From: Vulcanimicrobiota bacterium
GTDB taxonomy: Bacteria > Vulcanimicrobiota > Vulcanimicrobiia > Vulcanimicrobiales > Vulcanimicrobiaceae
Direction of reading: 5' to 3'
Assembly (NCBI GenBank): GCA_963795855.1
Contig: CAWCIZ010000003.1
Coordinates: 1,003,653-1,067,652 of the forward strand
Length of the DNA stretch: 64,000 bases
Numbering within the stretch: position 1 is the stretch's first letter; each line of letters starts with the position of its first letter. Shown here piece by piece: positions 22,222 to 33,797 of the stretch. The position numbers and the translations under genes were made by a program. The notes beneath the pieces were generated by a model. That model was given only the letters and a program-made list of their open reading frames with translations, was not told where the DNA came from and did no database searches.

Positions 22222-22467
22222 ATGAGCAAGTTCGAGACGTATCTGGCGCTGATCGCGGTCGTGCTGGCGAGTCTCTCGGTTGTGAGCATCGGCGGCCGGC
22301 CGCGGCCGGTGCTCGCGTTTGCGGCAATTGCGCTTCTCGCGTTCGTCGCGTATGCGCGCCTTCGCCGCCAATTGACTAGCGGCAGGAAACAACAGCGCAC
22401 GTTCGATGCCTACGAGCGTGCGCTTCGTATTCAAGAGAAGCGGGACCGGAAGTACGGCGGCCGTTAA
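22222..22467 (+). CDS. Small membrane protein (2 TM)
   Basis: Two hydrophobic helices and a basic tail; starts 3 nt after the DUF885 stop. Confidence 0.6.
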   Translation: MSKFETYLALIAVVLASLSVVSIGGRPRPVLAFAAIALLAFVAYARLRRQLTSGRKQQRTFDAYERALRIQEKRDRKYGGR

Positions 22468-22477
22468 CGGCGCGCGC

Positions 22478-22948
22478 TTATCGCTTCGTGCACGTGTCTT
22501 TCCAATTCGCGGGCTTGCCGTTCATTACGCCGGAAAACGTGAGCGCGTACCGCGTGAACGAAGCCCGGTCGAACGTCACGCCCAGCCCCGGTTTGGGATA
22601 CTTCGTTCGAAACGCGATATGCGCGAGCCCGGTATCCGGAGCTTCAAGTACCGACGCGCTGCCGGTGGGTTCCACGTCGATCACGCGCCACACCCGATTC
22701 GTATACGACATCAGATCTTCGCTGGAGTAACCCTTCGAAGTGTTGACCGTTCGCAGCCACTTCCCCCCGATGGCATAGGAGTACGTTGCAGTATACGTGG
22801 TTTGCCCGCTGCCGGCGTTCGAGGTGCAGTTCCATGTGCCCACCAGATAGCTCATCAACCGCAGCGGATCGGCGGCGCGGATCGGCGTGGCGCCGAGAAG
22901 CGTTGCCGCAAGGCCGCACGCAAAGGCGATTCTTAAAAGCGTTCGCAT
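22478..22948 (-). CDS. Secreted hypothetical protein
   Basis: MRTLLRIAFACGLAATLLGATPIRA signal peptide; LSYLVGTWNC beta-barrel-like start; GAGGAGG upstream. Confidence 0.72.
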   Translation of the reverse strand: MRTLLRIAFACGLAATLLGATPIRAADPLRLMSYLVGTWNCTSNAGSGQTTYTATYSYAIGGKWLRTVNTSKGYSSEDLMSYTNRVWRVIDVEPTGSASVLEAPDTGLAHIAFRTKYPKPGLGVTFDRASFTRYALTFSGVMNGKPANWKDTCTKR

Positions 22949-22982
22949 CAGAAGGATCCTCCTCACCGATTCGGTTCCCCGG

Positions 22983-24670
22983 TTATCGCCCGACGCCCTC
23001 GCGTTCCAGCATGATGCGGTAGATTTCTTCGACGCGGCCAATCGTATCGATTTCGGACGCCGGCTTGTCGTCCCGAACGCGAACGATGCGCGGAAAGCGC
23101 AACGAGAAGCCGCTTTCGTGCAGATCGCTGGGCTGAATGATGTCGAACGCGACCTCGAGCACGATCTGCGGCTCGACCAGAATCGCGATGCCCGCGCGGC
23201 CGCGATTGTGATGCTCCAGAAACCATTGCGTCAGCTCCGCGATCTCCGCGTCGGTCAAGCCGGAGTACGCCTTGCCGATCGTCAGCAATTCGCCGTCGTC
23301 GCCGCGCACGGCGAACGTGTAATCCGACAGCACTTTCGCGCGTTTTCCGTGTCCCCATTCGACGGCAACGACGACGACGTCGAGCGTCGACAAGTTCGCG
23401 TTTGAGTTTGAGCCACCATTTTCCGCGGCGGCCGGGATGATACGCCGCGTCCGTGCGTTTGAGCATGAGTCCCTCGTGTCCGGCGGCGCGCGCGGCTTCG
23501 AAATGCTCGTGCAGATCGTCCGGCGATGGCGGTTCCCCAAGCCGCTCGAATCGCGCCACCGAGACGCGATCGCGCGGATGACGATTTCCGCCAGCCGTTC
23601 GCCGCCGTTCGATCAGCGGCTCGATCGATCAGAAAATCGTCACCGGCGGCGAGCATGTCGAAAGCCATGTACGCTACCGGGATGTCGCTGAGCAGTGTGC
23701 GCATCGACGGCCTTTCGCTGCAAGCCGCGCCTGCAGATAGCGAAACGGCAGCACCTGCGCGCCTCGCGCTTCGCCACGATCTCGCCGTCGAGCATGAACT
23801 CGCCGGGCATCGCCGCAACGGCTGCCGCAATTTCAGGATAGGATCGCGTCACGTCGTTGAGCGTGCGCGAAAAGATGCGCACGCCATCGCGCGTCTTATG
23901 AATTTGCGCGCGGATGCCGTCGAATTTTTCTTCGGCGATCCAGACGGCTTCGCGCAAATCCTTGTAATCCGATCCGTACTGCAATCGGCGTTGCGAGCAT
24001 GAACCCGATCGGCGAGCCGTAGGCGACGCGCAATGTCGGCGAGCTCGCCGCGCTCGCGCCGCAAGCGCCACGGCGCCGATGTCTCCCGCGGCCATCGTGG
24101 CGCGGCGTACCGTCGTGATGCGATCGCATCGAATGCGGCAGCGACTGCGTCGATGATAAGCCCTTCCCGCAGGCCGATGCGCAGATCGCCCGGTCATGAT
24201 CTTGATGACGTACGTGGCCTCGACCGCGATCGGTGCATGCGCGCAAAATCCGCTCGCAGATCGCCTCGCGCTTTCTGCCGGCGGCTTTCCCGGCGGATGC
24301 GGCAATCTGCTTCGAAACGCGCATACAGCCACGCGGGCGTGAGGACATCGGTAAATAGCGCGAGGTGCATCGGCGGCACGCACGAACGGCCCCAGCGCCG
24401 CGCCCAGATCTCCGTGTTCGCGGTACGCCGCGGCAAGCTGACCTTCAGCCACGCCCCATGCGTCTTTTGCCGCCTGAACGATCGTCCGCCATCCGATGCC
24501 CAGACTGCGTTCGTCACGCGCGGCAAACGGATTGCCGGTAAAAAAACGCGCGGCCAGCGCGAAGATCGCCGTCGGACAAGTCGCGCAAATACTCGGCGAG
24601 AATCGCGATCTTTTCGAGCTTTCCCGGCCTTGGCCGCGATCGCCGCGCAGGTCTGCCCGAACCGGATCAT
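22983..24670 (-). CDS. ATP-dependent DNA ligase (many frameshifts)
   Basis: EEKFDGIRAQ (motif I), LDGEIV, FDML, EGLMLK, WLKLK and OB-fold SLRFPRIVRVRDDK spread over several frames. Confidence 0.85.
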
Positions 24671-24685
24671 GGAATGGACTTACCC

Positions 24686-24963
24686 ATGGTCACGGCATTT
24701 ATTCTCATCAACGTCGAGCGCCCGCGCCTGAAAAGCATCGCGGACGATCTGTTGGCCATCGAGGGCATTGCCGAAGTGTACAGCGTCGCGGGTCCTTTCG
24801 ACATCATCGCGATCGTGCGCGTCAAAGAGCACGAACAGCTCAGCGATCTCGTGACCGAAGAAATCGGCGTACTCACGGCATCAACGATACGGAAACGCTC
24901 ATTGCGTTCCGATCGTTTTCGAAGAAAGATCTCGGGCTGCTCTGGGACATCGGCGTGGACTAA
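24686..24963 (+). CDS. Stand-alone Lrp/AsnC ligand-binding (RAM) domain protein (frameshift near 24870)
   Basis: MVTAFILINV...EVYSVAGPFDIIAIV...GINDTETLIAF; no HTH. Confidence 0.82.
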
Positions 24964-24971
24964 CAGCAGCG

Positions 24972-26011
24972 TCAGAAGAGCGCGAGCTGCTGCGTGCTCT
25001 TCCAAGTACTCCGCGTTTACGCCCAACGTGCGCAAGCGGTAAACGAAATCGCGCCGGCCGTGGTTGAGCAGAACTTTCTTCGGCTGCGCCAGTTCGATGT
25101 ACCGCAATAGAGCCGGATAATCGGCGTGATCCGAAAGCGCAAACCCGCGGTCGACGCCGTAACGGAACGGTGCGCTGCGGTCCAGCGTCCACCCGGTGAG
25201 TATCGCGGTTCGCACGGCTTTGCCGCGCAGCGCTTTCGGCATGCGTCCGCCGGGCGGCCACACGACCGCGCTGTTCCCGTCGAAGTGCCCGGCGTCGTAG
25301 CGCGTGTACGCCGGCAGCGTAACGCCGCACGCGTCGATAGACGTCGCAGATGGTTTCGACGGCGCCGTGCACGGTGACGGCAAACCCGGCGTTTCCGAGA
25401 ATCGCCACCGCTTCTTGCGCCTTGCCGAGCGAGTACGCGAAGAATACCGGAACCGCTGCGCATTCGAGCGCGTCGCGCGCGAACGCCGCCATTTCTGCTG
25501 CGACTTCTTCGCGCGGCGGAAACGCATAGTGCGGACGCCCGTACGTGCATTCCATCAACAGCACGTCGCAGCGCTTGACTTCGGGCGGCTCCGCGGTCAG
25601 GCACGGGTCGAGTTTGAAGTCGCCCGTGTAAACGAAGCGTCCCGCTTCGCCTTCGATGAGCAGCTGCGAGCTTCCGAGAACGTGACCGGCCGAAAAAAGC
25701 GTGAGTCGGTGTCCGCCGTCGCTCCACGGCTCGTTGAATGCGTGCTCTTCGAATTCCACGGGCGGCCGCGGCGGCTTCGACCGGTTCCAGCAATGAGGTT
25801 TGCCCCCACGCGCTTTCGCGCCGCGCGAAGCGCGCGCGGCAGATGTGCGCGGTGTTCGGCGTGGTGACGACCGTCGCGTGCTCGCGCGCATGATCCGAAT
25901 GGCCGTGCGAGACATAGCAGCGATCGCGCGAGCGCATCGAGTCGATCCACAAGATCGCAGCGCTTCAACGTAGAGCGATTTTTCGGTCAGCGGAAAACAC
26001 GGTTCGAGCAT
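24972..26011 (-). CDS. MBL-fold beta-CASP-like exonuclease, ligase-associated (frameshifts)
   Basis: SHGHSDH, AGHVLGS, YTGDFK, ECTYG, YSLGKAQE, LSDHAD. Confidence 0.85.
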
Positions 26012-26117
26012 CAGGTTCGGGCGGTTCAAAAGCGCAGCCTCCGCCGCGTGCAGCCTTTACGCGGGCTTTTCGGTTATGATGGGCACTACGTCTATACGCC
26101 CGTTCGAGGACATCTGT

Positions 26118-27086
26118 ATGGCACGCATCTATCGAGAATCTGGCCGACACGTTCGGCAATACGCCGCTGGTGAAGCTGAACGCGCATGGCCAAGGGCTTG
26201 CCCGGCACGGTCGCCGTGAAGATGGAGTCGTTCAATCCCGCCGGCTCGGTCAAGGACCGCATCGGCGTTTCGATGATCGAGGCTGCCGAGCGCGACGGCA
26301 CGCCTGCGGCCCGACAGCGTCATCGTCGAACCGACGAGCGGCAACACCGGGCATCGCGCTGGCGTTCGTCGCTGCGGCCAAAGGCTATCCGGTGATTTTG
26401 ATCATGCCGGATACGATGACCGATCGAGCGGCGCAACCTGCTCAAAGCCTACGGCGCGCAAGTCATCCTCACGCCGGGCGCCGAGGGCATGAAGGCGGCG
26501 ATCGCCAAAGCCAACGAGATCGTGCAAAGCAACCCCGCGAAGTATTTCATGCCGCAGCAATTCGAGAATCCGGCGAACCCGGAGATTCACCGCCGCACGA
26601 CCGCCGAGGAGATTTGGCGCGACACGGACGGCGCGATCGACATTTTCGTCGCTGCGGTCGGTACCGGCGGCACGATGACGGGCGTCGGAGAAGTGCTCAA
26701 GGGACGCAAGCCCGGCGTGCAGATTATCGCCGTCGAGCCGGATGCATCGCCGGTGCTCTCCGGCGGCCAGCCGGGCCCGCACAAGATCCAAGGAACCGGC
26801 ACGGGCTTCGTTCCGAAGGTGCTCAACACGGAGATCTACGACGAAGTCTTGCGCGTTACCGACGCCGACGCGATCGCAACGGCGCGGCGCGCGGCGCGTG
26901 AGGAGGGCATGCTGGTCGGCATATCGTCGGGAGCGAACATTTGGGCGGCGTTGCAAGTGGCGGCGCGCCCCGAGTCGAAAGGCAAGCTGCATCGTGACGA
27001 TCGGATGCGACACCGGCGAACGGTATCTCTCCAATCCCGTCTTCGCCGAACAGGAAGCGAATATTGTCGAAGCGGCCCTCGTATAG
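26118..27086 (+). CDS. cysK: Cysteine synthase A (frameshifts)
   Basis: [44 protein letters not shown]. Confidence 0.92.
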
Positions 27087-27090
27087 CACT

Positions 27091-28129
27091 GTGTAGCGGC
27101 GAACCTCTGTAGAGTCACGCGCGGCGGTATGGTGGAGTCGTTCCACCATGTCGCCGCTTGCGCGGTGGACGCCCAGCGCAACGTCGTTTTCGCCGCCGGC
27201 GATCTCGACGTGCCGGTGTTTTTGCGTTCTACCGCCAAGCCGTTCATCGCCGCGGCGGCCATTGCCGCCGGCGCGCGCGAGCGGTTCGGCCTGGAGCCGC
27301 ACGAAATCGCGGTGATGTCGGCATCGCACACCGGCACAAACGTTTCACGTTGACGCCGTTCGATCGATTCTCCGGAAAATCGGCATGGATGAAAGCGCGC
27401 TTCAATGCGGCGTCGCATCCGCCGTACAACGCGCAGGCCGCGGACGCGACTTGCGCGATGCCGGCATTGCTCCCAGCGCCGTGCACAACAACTGCTCCGG
27501 CAAACACGCGGGAATACTCGGCGCTGTGCAAACTGCTTGGAGCCGATCCGTCGACGTATCTGGAACCGGGAAACCCCGCGCAACGGCGGATTCTCGACTT
27601 GTGCGCGCGCCTTTCGGACGATGCGCGTCGAGGATTTTCCGATCGGCGTCGACGGCTGCGGCATTCCGGTCTACGCCGCGCCGCTGCGAAATGCGGCGCT
27701 GTCGTTTATGCGGTTCGCGACGCTCGACGCCATCGACGAGCGCGATGCCGCAGGCGCTGCTCGTCGTTCGCGACGCCATGACTGCGCATCCGGAATACGT
27801 TTCCGGAACGGGCGAGTTCGACACGCGGCTGATGCAGAGCGCGCGGACGGGCGATTGCGTGCAAGAGCGGGCGCTGAAGGCGTTCACGGCAGCGCATTTA
27901 TCGCCGCGGGCGTGGGCTTGGTTTGCAAAGTCGTGGACGGCGCCTCGCGCGGCGCGCGCTCCTGCAGTGCTCGCGGCGATACGCGCTATGGGGCTCATGG
28001 AGCCGTCGGCATATGACCGAAATTGCCGACTTGGAGCGGCCGGTCGTGTATAATCGAGCGGGGCGCGCCGTCGGCGAGGTCGCGCGCCTCGAGTACCGTC
28101 GCCGTCGAAAAAGCGAGTACACGATCTAA
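27091..28129 (+). CDS. L-asparaginase II (Rhizobium AnsA-type), frameshifted; boundaries approximate
   Basis: [39 protein letters not shown]. Confidence 0.82.
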
Positions 28130-28130
28130 A

Positions 28131-31100
28131 GTGTCTACTATCTGCAACTGTTGCGCGAGCGCGTGCTCGTGTTTGACGGCGCCATGGGCACGCAGCTCAT
28201 GGCGCTCGAATTGACCGCCGAAGATTTCGGCGGAGCGCAAGTATCACGGCTGTAACGAAGCGCTGGTTCTGACGCGTCCGGACGTCGATTCGCAGCATCC
28301 ACGAATCGTATCTGGACGCCGGAGCGGACGTCGTCGAAACGGACACGTTCACCGCGTCGCGGCTGAAACTCGACGAATACGGCCTGGGCGACCGCGTCGC
28401 CGACGTCAATCGCGATGCAGCGCGCCTTGCGCGCGCGGCGTGCGATGCGTATTCAGCACGCCGCAGCGCCCGCGCTTCGTTGCCGGATCCATGGGACCGA
28501 CGGGAATGCTGATTTCGTCGTCGGATCCGGTGCTTGTCGAAGACGACGTTCGAGGAACTCGCCGGCATCTACGGCGAGCAGGCGCGCTACCTGGTCGAAG
28601 GCGGCGTCGATCTGCTGCTGCTCGAGACGATGCAGGATCTGCTCGAACTCAAAGCCGCGATCGCCGGCATCGTTCGCGAGTTCGCACAACGGCATGCGCC
28701 GCGTGCCGATTCAAGCGCAGCCGACGCTCATCACCGAAGGCCGCATGCTGCTGGGCACCGATATTCGCGCGATCTGCGCAACGCTCGGTGCGCTGCCGGT
28801 CGACGTCATCGGGTTGAACTGCTCGACCGGACCCGTCGCAAATGCGCGACTCCGTTCGCTATCTCGGTGAAACATCCGACCGCTACATCAGCGTCATTCC
28901 AAACGCCGGCCTGCCGATCATGGGTCCGAAAGGCGAAACGATCTATCCGGAAACGCCCGACGAACTCGCGGCGGAACTGCCGCGATTTCGTACGTGAATT
29001 CGGCGTCAATGCGGTCGGCGGATGTTGCGGAACGACGCCGGCGCACATCACCGCGATCGCAAATGCCGTGTCGAGCCTCGCGAAAGAGGGCGTGAAAGGA
29101 CGCGTCGCCAGACGAAAAGCCGGCGCAATTCGTCGCCTCGGCGATGACGGCCGTAGCCCTCGAACAAGAACCGCGTCCGCTGCTGGTCGGCGAACGCATC
29201 AACGCGCAGGGTTCGCGCAAACTCAAGCGGCTGCTGCTCGAAGACGCGTACGACGATATCGCCGTCCTCGCGCGCAATCAGGTCGAAGGCGGCGCGCACG
29301 TACTCGATGTGTGCTGTGCGCTTACCGAACGGGCGGATGAAGACGAGCAGATGCGCACCGTCGTGCGAAAGCTCGCGCAGTCGGTCGAATCGCCGTTGAT
29401 GATCGACTCCACCGAACCGCGCGTGATAAAAGCCGCGCTCGAGAATTATCCGGGGCGCGCGATCGTCAACTCGGTGCATCTCGAAAGCGGCCGGGCGAAG
29501 ATCGATTCGATTCTTCCGATGGTCAAAGAGCACGGCGCGGCGGTCGTGGCGCTCACGATCGACGAAACCGGAATGGCGAAGACCGCGCAGCGCAAGCGCG
29601 AAGTCGCGCAGCGCATTTACGACATCGTCGTCGGCGAATACGGCCTCCCGCCCGGCGCGCTGATTTTCGACGATCTGACGTTTACGCTTGCAACCGGCGA
29701 TGCGGAATATATCGATTCGGCGGTCGAAACGATCGAGGGCATACGCGCGATCAAAACGGCCATGCCGGGCGTGCTCACCTCGCTCGGCGTGAGCAACGTC
29801 TCTTTCGGTCTCAAACCTCACGCGCGTGCGGCGTTGAATTCCGTGTTTCTGCATCATTGCGTCGAGGCCGGGCTCGACCTTGCGCTCGTGCATCCCAAAG
29901 AGATCACGCCGTACGCGGAACTGGACGGCGCGCAGCGCGAACTCTGCGACGATTTCGTCTTCAACCGCCGGCCGGATGCGCTGCCGCGATTCATCGAGCA
30001 CTACGAATCCGATACCGCCGCCTCGAACGCGGCGAAGGCAAGCGGTCAGCCGAAGGACGACGATGCCGCAGCTCCGCCGGAAGTTCGCATTCATAATGCG
30101 ATTTTGCGCCGCCGCAAAGACGGCATCGAAGAGAAGATCGACGAAGCTTTGCAAACGCGCGATGCGGTCGGCGTGCTCAACGAGATTCTGCTTCCGGCGA
30201 TGAAGGAAGTCGGCGACAAGTTCGGTGCGGGCGAACTCATTCTGCCTTTCGTGCTGCAGTCGGCGGAAGTGATGAAGAAGGCGGTCGCGCACCTCGAGCA
30301 ATTCCTCGAAAAGAAAGAAGGCGCGAGCAAAGGCAAAGTCGTGCTCGCGACGGTTTTCGGCGACGTGCACGACATCGGCAAGAATCTGGTCGGCACGATT
30401 CTCTCCAACAACGGCTACACCGTGTTCGATCTCGGCAAGCAAGTGCCGATGAACACCATTTTGGAAAAGGCCGTCGACGTGCAAGCCGACGCAATCGGGC
30501 TTTCGGCGCTGCTCGTTTCCACCAGCAAACAGATGCCGGTCTGCGTGCACGAACAGGACGTCGCGCGGTCTGAAGTTTCCCGTCCTGGTGGGAGGCGCCG
30601 CAATCAACCGCGACTTCGGACGCCGCATCTCGCTTCTGGACGAGGGCAAGCGGTTTTTCGAACCGGGTTTATTCTATGCGAAGGACGCATTCGAGGGATT
30701 GCAGATCATGGAGTCGCTCGGCGACCCGCGCAACCGCGAAGCCTTGCTCGAACGCTCCAAGAGCGAAGCCTTTGCGCTGCGAGATCGCCAGCGCGCGGCC
30801 GTTCCCAGCGCAAACGGCGAGATTGTGTACTCCGCGGTGAAAAGCGAGACCGCGCCGATACCCAAGCCGCCGTTTTGGGGCACGCGCGTCGTCAAGGACG
30901 TCGATTACGCCACGCTGTGGTCGTGTTTCGATTTGCGAAGCCTCTACCGGCTTTCCTGGGGCGCGGCGAATACGAAGGGCGAGGCGTTCGAAAATCTCGT
31001 GCGCGACGATTTCGAACCGCGACGGCATCGGTACGAAAAACTCGCCCTCGAAGAAGGCTTGCTCGAACCGCGATTCGTCTACGGGTACTTTCCGGCGGGC

Positions 31101-31642
31101 GGCAGCGGAAACGACGTCGTCGTCTACGATCCGCCAGGATGCCTCGAAAGAAATTGCGCGCTTCACGTTCGTGCGGCAGGCGGGCGGTGAACATCTTTCT
31201 CTTGCCGACTACGTGCGCGAACCGGAAAACGGGCGCGGCGTGGATGTCGTTGCGCTGCAAGTCGTCACGATGGGAACGCGGGCATCCGAGCGGACGGAAA
31301 AGCTGCAGCGAGAAGGCTGAATACAGCGAATCGTATTTCTTGCACGGCTTCTCCGTGCAAAGCGCGGAAGCGCTCGCGGAATACTCGCATCGGCTGATTC
31401 GTAAGGAACTCGGCTTGGAAGAAGAGCGCGGAAAGCGTTATTCGTGGGGCTACGGCGCGTGCCCGGACTTATCGCAGCACGAAACCGCGTTCAGGCTGCT
31501 CGACGCGACCAGCGCGATCGGCGTGGCGCTCACGGAAGCGTTCCAAATCGTACCCGAGCAGTCCACCGCGGCAATCGTGCTGCATCATCCGAAGGCCGCC
31601 TACTTCAACGCGGCCGCAACGCGGGAACTTACGACGGCGTAG
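28131..31642 (+). CDS. metH: Cobalamin-dependent methionine synthase (several frameshifts)
   Basis: DGAMGT, GLNCSTGP, GGCCGTTP, GERIN, GDVHDIGKN, RYSWGYGACPDL, PEQST. Confidence 0.93.
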
Positions 31643-32486
31643 CGAGGATCTCGGCGAGCCGTTCGAAGCTGGTTTCCCAACCCGTCGCGGTATTCGCGCA
31701 GCCCTCGGCCGTGGCGAAGCGTTCCTGCCGTAATGTCACGCGCGTACCGTTCGCGGTAGGTTCCAGCGTGTAGGTTACCGTCGTAGGCGCCGCCGGCGTG
31801 CCGGCAAGATGCCACGTGTGAACCAGGCGCGTCGGCGCTTCGATTTCGAGGAATTCGCCTTCCAGCGTGTACGGATTTCCGCCGCCGATTCCGCTTGCGG
31901 TCCAGTGTCCGCCCACCCGAACGTCTCCCTGCCATTCGCGCGTGTCGAAAACTCCCGGCCTTACCCACCAGCGCGTAATTTCATCCGATGCGAGCGCGTC
32001 GAATACGCGTTGCGGCGGCGCGGGAAGCTCCGCGGTCGTTACGAGCGCGCCGGAGAGCCCGTGCAATTTGTCGAGCATCGACGTCCAGCCGTGCGCGTGA
32101 TTCGCGCGCGATTCATCGGAGGACAGGCGCTCGTGCGTGAGTATCAGTTCGCTTCCGGATGGATGCGGATTGAATTCGACGGTCAGCAGCGTTTCGTGCT
32201 CTTCCGCCGGACTGGCTTCTTGCCACCGCCAGGTCATCGAGAGCCGGCGGCCCGGCACGACCTCGCGGTACGTTCCATAGGCGACGTACGCTTCGTTTTC
32301 GGCCGTGCGCATATCGATGCGGTATGCACCGCCGACCCGCACGTCCATCGCGACGTCGGCCACGGTCATACCTTGCGGACACATGAACTGCGCAAGCTGC
32401 GGATCCGTCCAAGCCTCGTAAACTTGCGCAGGAGAAGCGGCGTAGACGCGGCGGATTACCAGGGCCGGCACGCTGTACGTTGTCAT
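31629..32486 (-). CDS. Tandem SRPBCC/AHSA1 domain protein
   Basis: Two repeats of the A/P-P-x-x-V-[YF]-x-A...DVRVGG...GW pattern. Confidence 0.88.
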   Translation of the reverse strand: MTTYSVPALVIRRVYAASPAQVYEAWTDPQLAQFMCPQGMTVADVAMDVRVGGAYRIDMRTAENEAYVAYGTYREVVPGRRLSMTWRWQEASPAEEHETLLTVEFNPHPSGSELILTHERLSSDESRANHAHGWTSMLDKLHGLSGALVTTAELPAPPQRVFDALASDEITRWWVRPGVFDTREWQGDVRVGGHWTASGIGGGNPYTLEGEFLEIEAPTRLVHTWHLAGTPAAPTTVTYTLEPTANGTRVTLRQERFATAEGCANTATGWETSFERLAEILATPS

Positions 32487-32492
32487 AGCGAT

Positions 32493-32828
32493 TTACTTTC
32501 TCGTTTTCGAACGATGCGCCAGAAGCGCGTCCAGGCGGTCGAGCGAGGCGTTCCAATAGGCACGCTGCTTGTCGATCCATTTCGATGCCGACTCCATCGC
32601 GCCGGGTGAAAGCGTGCACTGATGCACGCGTCCGAAAATCTCCCGGCGAAGCAAACCCGACTCTTCGAGCACGCGCACGTGCTTGGAAACGGCCGGTTGC
32701 GAGATAGAGAACTCGGCGGCGATTTGGCCGACGCTAAGCGGGCGGTGCGCCAAACGTTCGACGATGCGGCGCCGCGTCGGATCGGACAGCGCGGCGAAGA
32801 CGCGATCGAGCGGACAACTATTAACCAT
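32493..32828 (-). CDS. ArsR/SmtB family regulator
   Basis: FAALSDPTRRRI, SQPAVSKHVRVLEESGL. Confidence 0.92.
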   Translation of the reverse strand: MVNSCPLDRVFAALSDPTRRRIVERLAHRPLSVGQIAAEFSISQPAVSKHVRVLEESGLLRREIFGRVHQCTLSPGAMESASKWIDKQRAYWNASLDRLDALLAHRSKTRK

Positions 32829-32845
32829 AAGGTTATATAACCATA
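32822..32845. promoter_or_regulatory. Candidate ArsR autoregulatory operator
   Basis: Palindrome GGTTATATAACC (32831-32842) and TAACCATA twice, abutting the start codon. Confidence 0.65.
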
Positions 32846-32892
32846 CGGCTAAATATCCGCGCCGTCAAGAGCGCCGGCGTTCTCGGAGATCG

Positions 32893-33789
32893 CTAGGGCG
32901 TTGCCGTGCCGGTGCCCATCGGCACCGGGTCTTGCCGCCGTTCCACCAGCGCCGAGCGCAGCATCGTTATTGCGGTGTAAATGACGACCGCGGCGACCAA
33001 CCAGCGCAACGCGCTGACGTTCAACGATTTCACGATGTACGCCGCGGCGAGAACGCCCGGTACGCCGCCGATGGTCAGGCCGAGCGCCGCGCGCAGTGTG
33101 TAGGCGTCGAACTTGATGAAACGCCAACTGGCGACGGGCATCAGAAACGCGCAGGAGCCCATCATGATGGGAAATGCGGCGATCGGGCTCATGCCCAGCA
33201 GCGCGACCATGATCATCGCGGGCGCATACAACCCGATGCCGATCGTCATGAGCGCGCCGAGCACGAAGTTGCCCGCTATGCCGATCCCGAGCAGCGTGCC
33301 GCTCAGACCGAGCGCGTTTCCGCCGCCTTGCAAGACGTTCAAATTCTTCATGATGAAGAAGATGCCGGCGGCTACGAGCGCCAGGCCCATGCCGATTTGT
33401 ACGTACCGCCTGGGCCACTTCGCGACGACGCCCGCACCGAGCCAGGCGCCGGCGATCGATGCTGCAATGAGCAGCACGAGCGTGAGCGGCGCGACGTTGA
33501 CGATTGCGATGAAGATCAGGGCTTCGGCGATGGTCGGCAGTGCGTGGCCGACGTTAAGCGTGCCGGGAATGCGTTCGTCCGGGACCAACTTCCAAAACTT
33601 GAACATCGACGTCGTCGGCGCGAACGAACCGATGCCGAGCGTATCGAAAAAGTCGGTGATGAATCCGACGCCCAGCTCGAGCGGTTTCGGCAGCGCGAAT
33701 CCGCGGCGTTTCATCTCCGCGGCCCAAACTGCGATATAGACGACGGCGAAGACGCCGAGCAGAATGAGGAGAATCGCGTGTACGCTCAT
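32893..33789 (-). CDS. TauE/SafE (TSUP) family membrane protein
   Basis: GFITDFFDTLGIGSFA, GIGLYAP, AFPIMMGS; multiple TM helices. Confidence 0.85.
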   Translation of the reverse strand: MSVHAILLILLGVFAVVYIAVWAAEMKRRGFALPKPLELGVGFITDFFDTLGIGSFAPTTSMFKFWKLVPDERIPGTLNVGHALPTIAEALIFIAIVNVAPLTLVLLIAASIAGAWLGAGVVAKWPRRYVQIGMGLALVAAGIFFIMKNLNVLQGGGNALGLSGTLLGIGIAGNFVLGALMTIGIGLYAPAMIMVALLGMSPIAAFPIMMGSCAFLMPVASWRFIKFDAYTLRAALGLTIGGVPGVLAAAYIVKSLNVSALRWLVAAVVIYTAITMLRSALVERRQDPVPMGTGTATP

Positions 33790-33797
33790 GGCTTCCC

